A DNA stretch of 64,000 bases from Tubiluchus corallicola (lineage: Eukaryota; Animalia; Priapulida), in the NCBI GenBank assembly GCA_030141605.1, contig JAQGDQ010000893.1:19247-83246 (forward strand). Reading direction: 5' to 3'. A program made the translations under genes and the position numbers. Shown here one piece after another: positions 36,593-48,300 of this stretch; position 1 is the first letter of the stretch; each line of letters starts with the position of its first letter. Below the pieces are notes generated by a model. It ran no database searches, was not told where the DNA came from, and saw nothing but the letters and a program-made list of their open reading frames with translations.

Positions 36593-38732
36593 GTAAAAAT
36601 GGCACAGTAAAAGTGCGCAAATGGAAAAGTAGGTAAAATGGCACAGTAAAAGTGCGCAAATGGAAAAGTAGGTAAAATGGCACAGTAAAAGTGCGCAAAT
36701 GGAAAAGTAGGTAAAAATGGCACAGTAAAAGTGCGCAAATGGAAAAGTAGGTAAAAATAGCACAGTAAAAGTGCGCAAATGGAAAAGTAGGTAAAAATAG
36801 CACAGTAAAAAATGCGCAAATGGAAAAGTAGGTAAAATGGCACAGTAAAAATGCGCAAATGGAAAAGTAGGTAAAAATGGCACAGTAAAAGTGCGGAAAT
36901 GGAAAAGTAGGTAAAAATGGCACAGTTAAAGTGCGCAAATGGAAAAGTAGGTAAAAATGGCACAGTAAAAGTGCGCAAATGGAAAAGTAGGTAAAAATGG
37001 CACAGTTAAAGTGCGCAAATGGAAAAGTAGGTAAAAATGGCACAGTAAAGGTGCGCAAATGGAAAAGTAGGTAAAAATGGCACAGTAAAGAATGCACAAA
37101 TGTAAAAGTATGTAAAAACGGCACAGCAAAAATTGCGCAAATGGAAAAGTAGGTAAAAATGGCACAGCAAAAATTGCGCAAATGGAAAAGTAGGTAAAAA
37201 TTGCACAGTAAGAATTGCGCAAATGGAAAAGTAGGTAAAAATTGCACAGTAAAGGTGCGCAAATGGAAAAGTAGGTAAAATGGCACAGTAAAGGTGCGCA
37301 AATGGAAAAGTAGGTAAAAACGGCACAGCAAAAATTGCGCAAATGGAAAAGTAGGTAAAAATGGCACAGTAAAAGTGCGCAAATGGAAAAGTAGGTAAAA
37401 ATGGCACAGTAAGAATTGCGCAAATGGAAAAGTAGGTAAAAATGGCACAGTAAAGGTGCGCAAATGGAAAAGTAGGTAAAAATGGCACAGTAAAAGTGCG
37501 CAAATGGAAAAGTAGGTAAAAATGGCACAGTAAAGGTGCGCAAATGGAAAAGTAGGTAAAAATGGCACAGTAAAGAATGCACAAATGTAAAAGTATGTAA
37601 AAACGGCACAGCAAAAATTGCGCAAATGGAAAAGTAGGTAAAAATGGCACAGCAAAAATTGCGCAAATGGAAAAGTAGGTAAAAATGGCACAGTAAGAAT
37701 TGCGCAAATGGAAAAGTAGGTAAAAATTGCACAGTAAAGGTGCGCAAATGGAAAAGTAGGTAAAATGGCACAGTAAAGGTGCGCAAATGGAAAAGTAGGT
37801 AAAAACGGCACAGCAAAAATTGCGCAAATGGAAAAGTAGGTAAAAATGGCACAGTAAGAATTGCGCAAATGGAAAAGTAGGTAAAAATGGCACAGTAAAG
37901 GTGCGCAAATGGAAAAGTAGGTAAAAATGGCACAGTAAAAGTGCGCAAATGGAAAAGTAGGTAAAAATGGCACGGTAAAAATGCACAAATGGAAAAGAAG
38001 GTAAAAATGGCACGGTAAAAATGCACAAATGGAAAAGTAGGTAAAAATGGCACAGTAAAAGTGCGCAAATGGAAAAGTAGGTAAAAATGGCACAGTAAAA
38101 GTGCGCAAATGGAAAAGTAGGTAAAAAGGCACAGGAAAAAATGCACAAATGGAAAAGTAGGTAAAATGGCACAGTAAAAGTGCGCAAATGGAAAAGTAGG
38201 TAAAATGGCACAGTAAAAGTGCGCAAATGGAAAAGTAGGTAAAAATGGCACAGTAAAAGTGCGCAAATGGAAAAGTAGGTAAAAATGGCACAGTAAAAGT
38301 GCGCAAATGGAAAAGTAGGTAAAAATGGCACAGTAAAAGTGCGCAAATGGAAAAGAAGGTTAAAATGACACAGTAAAAGTGCGCAAATGGAAAAGTAGGT
38401 AAAAATGGCACAGTAAAAGTGCGCAAATGGAAAAGTAGGTAAAAATGGCACAGTAAAAGTGCGCAAATGGAAAAGAAGGTAAAAATGGTACAATAAAAGT
38501 GCGCAAATGGAAAAGTAGGTAAAAATGGCACAGTAAAAGTGCGCAAATGGAAAAGAAGGTTAAAATGACACAGTAAAAGTGCGCAAATGGAAAAGTAGGT
38601 AAAAATGGTACAGTAAAAGTGCGCAAATGGAAAAGTAGGTAAAAATGGCACAGTAAAAGTGCGCAAATGGAAAAGTAGGTAAAATGGCACAGGAAAAAAT
38701 GCACAAAAGGAAAAGTAGGTAAAAATGGCACA
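36577..38732. repeat. 39-41-bp minisatellite, >50 copies
   Basis: Unit gcaaatggaaaagtaggtaaaaatggcacagtaaaagtgc; it explains the long minus-strand ORFs 36450..38690 etc. Confidence 0.97.
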
Positions 38733-39099
38733 TGTGTTGCTTTGACATATATAATTCCAGTAATAAAAAAGAAATTAATATAACTATAATGCAACACGTA
38801 AATTACAATAGACGACGTAAGAGGCTCACTTTCAAATGAAGTGTTCTTGCAAAGCAGATAAAAGCAAGCAATATGAAACTGCTATTCAAGAGATTAAGTA
38901 ATGTTCATGCTGCTCAGGTACATTTCCCAGAATAAGTGTTTCCAAGAAACTATTTTTTACAGAAAAACAATTCCCATTCCCAGAAAACATTTCCCTGTAA
39001 GATCTTTTAACCGAAAACTCAAGTTAAGATTTTTATACGTTAAGTATTTTAGAAGGATATAGCCTTCAATTTTCCTGCTGTTTAATTCTTTCTGTTTAC

Positions 39100-39415
39100 C
39101 TTCATCCCTCTCTCATTCTCTCACTCTCTTCCTCTCTCAATCCTTCTTTCCCTCCTTATCTGCCTCACCCGTCTTCTCTCTCTATCTTTTTTTTCTCTCG
39201 TAAATCTCTCCTCGTTCTCTCCTGCTCTTCTGTATCTCCCCCCTCTGTCTCTATCTCTTCCCGTCACTCTTCTCTCTCTCTCTACCTTTCTTTTTTCCAC
39301 TCACTTTTTCTCACTGTTCTCTCTCTCTCTTCTCTCTCTCTCTCTCTCTCTCTCTCATTCTCGCATCTCTCTCCCTCCCCTTCATTCTCCCTCCCTTATT
39401 TTCTCGCTTTCTGCT
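39100..39415. repeat. CT-rich low-complexity tract
   Basis: Directly visible. Confidence 0.85.
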
Positions 39416-39724
39416 TTTCAATTATGTGCAATACTTTGATTAATAATTTCTTTTTTAATTTTGCTTTGAAATTTTTTTTATTTTGCAACTTTCGCAAATG
39501 TTTTGCGAAAAAAAACGGCGAGAAAACACCCATTTTGCTGCCCTATATTCCCTTCTCCACAAGTTTTGTGGAAATTTATTAGGTAGTTTCTGCGCAATTA
39601 GCTTACTGATAAAACAGACAACAAACAGACTGCGTTGAAGCATAACTTCCTTGTCAGAGGTAAAAATAACTAAAATAATTATTCCCCACTGTAACTCTAA
39701 ACCTACTCTCAGTTTTTACTAAAA

Positions 39725-39915
39725 GTGGCATTTTCTCCTGTGCATATTTTCTTGCGCCATTTTTACTGTGCCAATTTTCCTGTGGAATTTTTTTCCTAAG
39801 CTTTTTACACACTTTTCCATTTGTGCCATATTTCCTGTGCCATTTTTCCTGCGCCATTTTTCGCTGTGCCATTCTTACCCGTGACATTTTTTCCTGTGTC
39901 ATTTTTACCTGTAAA
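39725..39915 (-). repeat. Short sub-repeat cluster (tgtgccattttt) inverted relative to the 40-bp array
   Basis: Repeated ctgtgccatttttcc and gccatttttactgtgcc are the reverse complement of the array's aaaaatggcacag core. Confidence 0.7.
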
Positions 39916-40081
39916 TGATGTAACAGCAAAGGTGAAAGGATGGACTCACAACTGACAGATGCAAAAATAAGCAAAAAGTTCCAAAATCCCCATTCGATTT
40001 TTTCGTCTATAATGTCGATAATTCGGGGGTGCTAATTAGTGGTATGGCTTCCGCAAAAGTACAAACCGCCTAATTTTGCTG

Positions 40082-40293
40082 TGAGAGAGAGAGAAAGAAA
40101 GAGAGAGAGGGAGACAGAGACAACGGAAGGAGAAAGTGCGAGAGCGAGGGGGAGAAAGAGAGTGCGAGAGAGAAAGAGAGAGAGAGAAAGAAATATAGAT
40201 AGATAGAGAGAGAGAGAAAGAGAACGAATTGAAAAAGATAGGTAGATAAATGAATAGAGAGAGAGGGAGGGAGAGAGTGCGAGAGAGAGGGGG

Positions 40294-40345
<52 letters not shown>

Positions 40346-40494
40346 GGATGGATGGATGGATGGATGGATGGATGGATGGATGGATGGATGGATGGATGGA
40401 TGGATGGATGGATGGATGGATGGATGGATGGATGGATGGATGGATGGATGGATGGATGGATGGATGGATGGATGGATGGATGGATGGATGGATG

Positions 40495-40531
<37 letters not shown>

Positions 40532-40532
40532 G

Positions 40533-40576
<44 letters not shown>

Positions 40577-40713
40577 CAGATACAGAAAGAGAGAGAGGGA
40601 GAGAGAAAGAAAGAGAGAGGGAGAGACAGAGACAATGGAAGGAGAAAGTGCGCGAGCGAGGGGGAGAAAGAGAGAGCGAGAGAGAGGAGAGAAAGAGTGA
40701 GAGAGAGAGAAAG

Positions 40714-40750
<37 letters not shown>
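40082..40750. repeat. Compound (GA)n/(GAAA)n/(GGAT)n/(GATA)n microsatellite
   Basis: Directly visible. Confidence 0.95.
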
Positions 40751-40751
<1 letters not shown>

Positions 40752-41057
40752 CAGTGTCCTTGAGCGCAGTGTTAGGGTAATGACATTTAAGGATGAAGAC
40801 GGAGATTACTATCAGCCTTTACATTCCATCACTTGAAAAAGATGCTAATCCCTCAAAGCATACCACTTATTTTTTCTAGCTGGTGGAGTGTTCTGCATAG
40901 GTAATTTTCTAAACAACAAAGAGGATGAGAACACTCGCTCCATGAGAAAAACTAATCCAATCTTAAGACCTGTTTATCTTTGGGATGGTTGGTTTTAATT
41001 TCGCAAATAAGCATCCAGTGTTAGAGAGAAAGAGAGAAAGAGAGACAGAGACGGAGA

Positions 41058-41140
<83 letters not shown>

Positions 41141-41304
41141 CAGTGTACTTGAGCGCAGTGTTGGGGTAATGACATTTAAGGATGAAAACGGAGATTACTA
41201 TCACCTTTAATTCCATCACTTGAAAAAGATGCTAATCCCTCAAAGCATGCCGCTTATTTTTTTCTAGCTGGTGGAGTGTTCTGCATAGGTAATTTTCTAA
41301 ACAA
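40749..41304. repeat. ~165-bp direct duplication, each copy preceded by (GA)n
   Basis: gtccagtgt..ttgagcgcagtgtt.gggtaatgacatttaaggatgaa...ggtaattttctaaacaa at ~40749-40915 and ~41138-41304. Confidence 0.9.
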
Positions 41305-41394
41305 AGCAGCTACCGGTAAACTCAAGCGCCTGGTCACTAGACATCTACAGACATTTTCATCATCTTGTCAGAAATTATCTTCTGCCCTTTAAAG

Positions 41395-41545
41395 GGGTCA
41401 CAGATTCTTGATTGAATAGCTATTAAATATCGCAAATAATGTGCCAGATGCAAAAACTTCACTTCGAATGAGCTGTTAATGTTATTATGGTGTTCCCCAG
41501 TGGTCCATCTTGAAGCTGGTTTTATTCTTAGTTTACAATAAAATA
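41395..41545 (+). mobile_element. Small LINE reverse-transcriptase fragment
   Basis: tatggtgttccccagtggtccatcttg...ttattcttagtttac translates to YGVPQWSILKLVLFLVY, a decayed GVPQGSILGPLLFLVY. Confidence 0.55.
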
Positions 41546-41569
41546 ATCAAAATCGTTTTAGCTGCCCCA

Positions 41570-42012
41570 ACCTTCCGAAAGCCCAGTTCATCATAGAAGT
41601 CATCCGTCAAAATTCATACCATCAGGTGTCTCTGCTAGTATCAAGTCACTGTGTAATTTTTTCTCTTCATGCAGAGATTGCAGCAATGAATAGTTGTATT
41701 TGTTCTCATACGTATCTTGGATTGAAACAAAAAAACAAGCAAACCGAGTTGTTTAGGCTTTTGCACCACTTCAGCATTTCGTCTGTCCACTCGCATCGAA
41801 TAACTCATAATTCCAACAAATAGCAAAATTTCATCTTTTGATTTGTGCGTTAAACTATTTGTAAGAGAGGAGCAATTTTTAAAGCAAATCTGAATCTCTA
41901 AATGACTGTTTTCACATTTATACAGCACGAAAATAACTACTGAAAGTAGTAATACTAAAAAGAGCAGCGTGGGTGAGCTAAGACACTTTTCTTGCTTGTT
42001 GTGAAGTACCAT
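41570..42012 (-). pseudogene. GT31 galactosyltransferase pseudogene (paralogue of the 13993 gene), N-terminal part only
   Basis: TM LLFLVLLLSVVIFVLY; LLFVGIMSYSMRVDRRNA. After a frameshifting deletion it reads LKWCKSLNNSVCLFFVSIQD...LHSDLILAETPDGMNFDG*, which aligns with MEWCESFDDVMCLFFVDVQD...LHSDIVMAQTPSGMNFGR. Confidence 0.85.
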
Positions 42013-42524
42013 AACAACAGCGAATGAGTGAATTAAAAAGTCTTTTTAAAATGTTTGTGGCGTCAACACACATAATAACATTTTAACTAATAACATGTTT
42101 ACAATGCAGCCCAACCGAAAACGTTTAGCGGTTTAATGTAAACACGGATTAGTTTTTTAAAATCGCATAACCTATTCGTGCAGCGAAATGTAAACATTAT
42201 CAGTGCCTACTTTAGGTTTAGTCGTGTTTCACCACCCTTCAAAAATTTAAACAACTCCCAGTACTGTCATCTCCTGTTTCTAATCATTTAAAGTATTAGA
42301 CTACATTGTTATTACTATATCTTTATCTAGAAATTTATTTCAAAAGAGACCCTCTAATTGCAGGGCAAAAGTTACACAGTACTACAAAATTATATCACGA
42401 AAGCTTCACCTAACTAATACTTTAACCGTTAGACGACCAAGTTGGGTTAAAAATTACTCTGCAAAGTGATTTTTCTAACGATCTATTGAGGAAATTTCAC
42501 ATTTTTTGGGCATTCTTCAATTTA

Positions 42525-45500
42525 AAATATGGCTGCCACTTTTGCTATACATGTACTTAAGCTTGAAGTTGATGAATATGAAATTTTAAGAAGACACGGA
42601 AGTGAAGATGAAGTGTGTATGTCAGAATTAAACAGTAAACATAATTAATGGATTAGAAGAATTGTCAAAATGCTTGAGGTATCACGCACAAACAATTTAT
42701 ATATAGTGCGGTGACAGAACGGTTTTTTCATACATGTATATTTATATATTGCATATAATTATTTAGCAATAACTACGCTTAATCAATTAGTCTGTTTAAA
42801 GTCAATTAGAGAATGTTATAAAGGATTTTGTCAATATGACAGTGTCAAGCTTTACTAATTTGCAAACTTTCTAAAATTTTGTTTGTAATTTAAGCTCACC
42901 GATTAAACTGAGTCATTTATGAAATCAAATATGAAGTCAATGTTAGACTTTACATTTTCATTTTGCGCAAGTAGGCACATCAGCAGTACTCCCTTTTTGA
43001 TAGAATATTGCAATCTTTACTTTCATTCCACCAAAGCTACTCGTCATTAGAGACTAGTATGTACTTAAGTTTTCATTAATGTTTTCAAAATGTTGACAGG
43101 AAGTGGTGCGTATGGTCAGTTTACTTCATCTTTGCCTCTCAAAGCTGCGATGATTAGAAAAGAACTTAAAATAACACAAAAGGCCAAATTACTGACCACC
43201 TGTGTTGCTCTCCCCACTCAAAGACCAGCCTATAATGACTTCACAAATCCTGTGACCTGTTTGAGTTGAGTGCGCGGTTCATGCCCTGCGCACAAAGAAA
43301 GATTATAATCTTCAACAATCTCGCCTGGAGTTCAGTTTTGTTAAAAAAAATGCTGAAAATAATGACCACCGCATAGGATCTATTGTGTCATGCATTCTTC
43401 ACACAAGAAAGCAGCGTAATTATAAATCTTGTTAAGTATTTACCTGAGCAGCAGGTTGTATCCTCTCACACAAAGAAAGATTTTAATAGTCTTCAACAGT
43501 TCTGAAAAAGCGCCCATAATGACCACCACTTTCGAGCACTTGAGACATGCTTTCTGCACACAAGAAAGCACCTCAATTATAAGCCTTGTGAAGTATTTAC
43601 CTGAACCACAGGTAGCGCCCTCGAACAAAGCAAGATTAGAATAATCTCCTTTTTTGAAGTGGTTCAGCACATTCCAAAGCAGTTTTAGCAGCGTGAGAAC
43701 TACAGGGTATCGACCAGCCTTGAATATGAGAGCTTTCCTAAATAAACATTTTTAGTGTTCTTATTTTTAAAAACTTTGCAACGTTTAGATATTTTGAGGA
43801 AACTTTTCTGGCACCAATTGCAAGCCACAGTTTTCTTCTTTTAATAAATCATTTTCTCAATAATTGTTCGTCGTGAAAGCCATGTTTGCTCATCTGTAAC
43901 AACTAAAGAAAAGCAGCTCTATTTCTAAACGTATGACCTCTAAATAATTTCTAGCATTTTACGAAAGCATTTTTAAACTTACATTGCTGGGAAAGACATT
44001 TAAAATAATTTAAAACATTTTTTTTGGTTTTGCCGCTGCAATCAAACCTCATAAGCTGTGTCTGTGAAACACTTTTTGTTGCACTGTCCATGGTATCAAC
44101 AGATTAGGGTTGTTATGTTTGCTAAACTAAATGTTTGATAAACTAAATGAAATACTCCTGCCTGAAAGCCTCAATATAGCGGCCTTAGGAACTAATGATC
44201 TGTAGAAGTTGTTATTATTTGGAAAAGATTAATTTAATTATGTTAACTGTAAAATATTCCAATGTAAACATGACTTTATATTTCGTACTAAACGCTTCCT
44301 GGATCTGACATGAAATACGTAAGTCTTAAATATTCGTACATTAATATTTTTAACTGTCATTTGTTTCTAATATCTAATATAATCTTGTAGTAAAACTTGT
44401 CAACTTGTGTAGCTGTAGTCAATTCTTGCTGTGAATGTTTTTGTTTTTTAAACTGACTGATTAGATCCTCTAATAAATTATGTTTAATCTAACTTCATCA
44501 TAACCCTCCATTAATAATGTCAACCTCTCCATAGCGCCAAACAACTTTTTGGCAGTTCCAAGGTAAGACTGAATGATGAGGTTTGACTGTATTTTAATAT
44601 TGAAATTGTTCCTGTAAAAGTATCTAGCACTATGTGAAGGATAGACAAGGCTCTAAACTAGTGTTAATGCCCAAAATACTAAAATGCAATTTCTGATCAA
44701 TGAGTTGCTTTAACATCTAAGCAATAGGAAACTTTTTACATTAACGGTCTTCGGTTTAAGTAAGTGTTACATTGCGCTAAACTTCCACTAGAGTGTCAAA
44801 ACCAGCAGATTTCAATTAAACGTGATTTAAATTGTCGGATTTACAACTGAAGCTGCAGCGAGATTCGTTTAAAGGAAAAGACAAGTCACTTAGCAGGTTT
44901 AGTTTACTGTTATAACTTAAACTTAGAAAAATATAAAAACGAAATTTGCAAAAAAACTATCTATATATAATAAAATTAATTTACACTACCGCTAAATAGC
45001 TATGTTAATTTGCAGTGGTAGCTGTGAATATTTTGACGGAACTGGTGGCTTTTTGACTTTTTTAAGGCGCATCATTACTTTCTGTAGGTGCGCTGAGTTT
45101 AAAATAATGCTGCAGCTTACATAATCAAGAAAAAATATCAGTAATTAAATAACTATTTTTTTTTGTAAAAATTTTGTTTGATACTTTTAACAAGAATTAT
45201 CACATCACTGCTTTTCTTCAGTTAACGAACGACGTCATTGGTGGAAGAATTTTCATTCAAAATGGAAGTTCCCAAACGTGAAATTTTTGCGTCTTTAAAG
45301 TTATTTTACTAATTACATGAGGGTACTTATCAGACTTTTATTACTAACTCCTTCTAACATTTTTACAAAAATTGAAATAAGTCTAACTTCCCAGAAAGCT
45401 TGACTTTTCCTTTAACTTTAAGGTTGTGTCAAATCTCACAGTGTTTTCAATGATTAATCTCACTCTCCAAGATTTCTGCATGTCGTTTTTGGGCTGCAGA
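42525..45500 (-). repeat. Long modular dispersed repeat, copy C (inverted partner of B)
   Basis: For example, 43100-43330 is a near-exact reverse complement of 28095-28345. Confidence 0.85.
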
Positions 45501-45689
45501 AATAATTTCTGAAATAATTAAGCATTCTGTGACCTTATACCATTGAGTCAAGGTCAAGGTCAATGTCTATTTTTCATTTTTTGGTATACAGCCTTAAATA
45601 GTACTTAATTTGCAGAATGAACACGTATAAACAAAGCCAGAATTTTTGGGGGCGGTAGAGTCAATATGTCAGTAGCAAATAACATGATT

Positions 45690-46500
45690 TTAACAAACGG
45701 AATGCAGAACTAGGATGAAATACTGCGAAATCTTGTTGAGAGATTTTGGAAATTGGACAGTGTAGATAACCATGGACGTCTGTCCAGAGAAGACATTAAA
45801 GTGCTAGAAAGGGAGAAATCAATCACAAAACGGGGTGACCATTATGAACTGCAGATTCAAGGAGCAAAAATACAAATTACCAAATAGCCGGGAAATGACA
45901 GAAAAGAGGCTGGCTAGTTTGGGCACCAGACTAAGCAAGAATCTAAAATTACATAAAAAATACACCAAGGAAATGAATGATTTACTTAGAAAGGGATATG
46001 CGGAGAAGGTTGAAGAAGCAGACGACCAAGATGTCACAATGAAATGGTATCTCCAACATTTTCCTGTTTATAATGAAAATAAGCCTGACAAAACTCGGAT
46101 AGTTTTCGATTGTGGAGCGAAATGTGATGGCATCTCGCTGAACATATTAGCATTACAGGGACCTGATCTGACCAACACACTTCTTGGAGTATTATTGCGG
46201 TTCAGGGAGAAGCCCGTTGGAATGATGGCAGACATAGTGGGCATGTTTCATCAAGTCTTTGTTGCTCCTCAGAACAGAGACATGCTACGCTTCCTGTGGT
46301 GGCCAGATGGACAATTGGATAAACCACAACAAACTTATAGGATGACAGTGCATTTATTTGGAGGGGTTTGGTCCCCTAGTGCAGCATCCTTTGCAGTCCG
46401 GCGCACAGCAACAGATAATGTGGAAAAAATTTAACTGTGAGGCAGTCAGTACTGTACTGCGCAATTTCTATGTTGACGACTGCTTGAAATCCGTGGATAC
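45690..46500 (+). mobile_element. BEL/Pao LTR-retrotransposon RT fragment
   Basis: WYLQHFPVYNENKPDKTRIVFDC, LQGPDLTNTLLGVLLRFRE, ADIVGMFHQV, HLFGGVWSPS, then NFYVDDCLKS in a shifted frame. Confidence 0.9.
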
Positions 46501-46829
46501 AGCGCGCGTGTGTGTGTGTGTTAATTCTTTATTTGTCGTTAAAATTGCTTACTCATTATAAGAAAATTGAGTAAGCCAAAGCATAATGTTGATATAACAA
46601 CATTGTTCAAGACAAATGCTTTCAGTGCATACTAAAAAACTAAAGTGCAAAACTAAGGTCAAATTATTTACAATAAATTGACATATTTACAAACACGATA
46701 TTAAAAGATTTTTACAAAGCAATATTACAAAAATACATTTTTATGGCATTTACACTATATACACCATTGACATAAACATAAGTAACATAACATGCAATAT
46801 ATCATATAAATTTTATATTCTTAATTATT

Positions 46830-47470
46830 TTGTGGAGACAAGGACGGGGGTAGATGAAAGTTATGTCTATGTAATTAGTTTCGGATGCATTTCGGAGAAG
46901 TATAATCGAATCCTAGTTGGCGTTTGTTGTCTAGTAGTAAATTGTGATCGAGGCTGCAAAAAGCTTTACTTAGATCTAGAAATGCTGCTGTTGTTTTTGT
47001 TGTTGCGGCACTTTTCAGTGGAATCAACTACTGCGTCTATTGCAGAATGTAGTTTTCTAAACTCGAACAAATGATTTGACAGTAATTTGTTATTTTCAAT
47101 GTAATGATTTATTTGGATGTAGATAACTCTTTCAAATATTTTGGCTTGTTTATGCTCTACTGAAATTGCTCTATAGTTTTTAGCATAATTTTTAGCTTCT
47201 TTCTTTTCTTTTCGAGTTATGTTTGCTTGTTTACACACTGTTGGAAATTCTGAGCAAATTAAGACTCCCTTTGTGATATACATTAGATGAGGAGATGATG
47301 GTGCTGGCACAGTCTTTTAAGATTTTTATTGGCATGTCAGAGGGTCCACTTCCTTTATTTACATTTAAAGTGTTTAGTATTTTCAAGATGTCGTATTCGC
47401 TGACCCTAGCAAAAGAGAAAGTGGGTTGTGTTACTGGTTGGTTTTGTACATATTTTGACACTTTCTAAAA
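46830..47470 (-). mobile_element. LINE (CR1/L2-group) RT N-terminal fragment, degenerate
   Basis: LNVNKGSGPSDMPIKILKDCA; NYRAISV..AKIFERVIYIQINHYIENNKLLSNHLFEFRKLHS. Confidence 0.8.
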
Positions 47471-48016
47471 TGCATGTTCAAAAAATTTTGTTTATCAAGA
47501 ATGTAAAATTTCATGTATATATATATACGCTGCATAACGAGACCCAAGAATTTTCTAAGAAAGAAACTATGAAACCAAAACTTAAATTAAAAGGGACGAC
47601 TGAGAAGAACAACGGAAAAAATAAACCCGAGACAATGCTTCAAATACGAACCAACGACACTCGGCAGGCCAAAAGGAGAAGGGCATCCCACGACAGAACG
47701 TAGACAAATGACGATGTCACGTGTTCGTTTTTTCTACAAGAAACCACTGCTGCCAATTGCTGGTAATATTATAGGCTTCCTTGTTTAAGCAGAAATCATA
47801 ACATTACCTGTAGGTTTGTTGGTCTTGTGCCTATGAGTAAATGGTACAAGGCACGTTCACCTGGTTAACCTCAATATATATTCAAACACTGCTCTCCAAT
47901 AAAAAAATGCAACATTTTTAATTAACATTGTCAACTTGAAAATTCAGCACTTTGACGTAATCATACGATGAATTGCTTGTTCTTTAAAAAATCAAATAGA
48001 TCAATCTAATAATATT

Positions 48017-48300
48017 GTTACGGAGGCACCTGTGACGGGTCAGGTGTAGGGCCCTCTACACGCCCTGCTTCCACGTCAGCAGCGACTCTCCCATTTCTTG
48101 TAGGTCCAGACGTCTTGTTTGGGCCTACACGTGGTGTGAGAAGCCAGCCGACCAGGAATGCCAGTATAAAAGCGCGTAGAGGTCATTATTGATTTCTGAC
48201 CTAAGGTGTAGTACGGTTACTGACTTAGTTATTTTTTGTGCACGTGTATTTTGTTCCCTATTTTTATAAGTGCTGCCAAGGCAACAAGGCCGGCCAAGTC
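48017..48300 (+). mobile_element. Possible solo-LTR remnant
   Basis: GC-richer island that starts tgttacgg and has a TATA box (tataaaag ~48165); 3' end not defined. Confidence 0.25.

Noticed and set aside
36450-38797. 746-aa and overlapping hydrophobic ORFs on the minus strand
   Set aside because: All three frames are open only because the 40-bp unit lacks stops; unit lengths vary with no frame preservation.
40036-40836. SIHP/DGWM repeat ORFs
   Set aside because: They are translations of GGAT, GATA and GA microsatellites.
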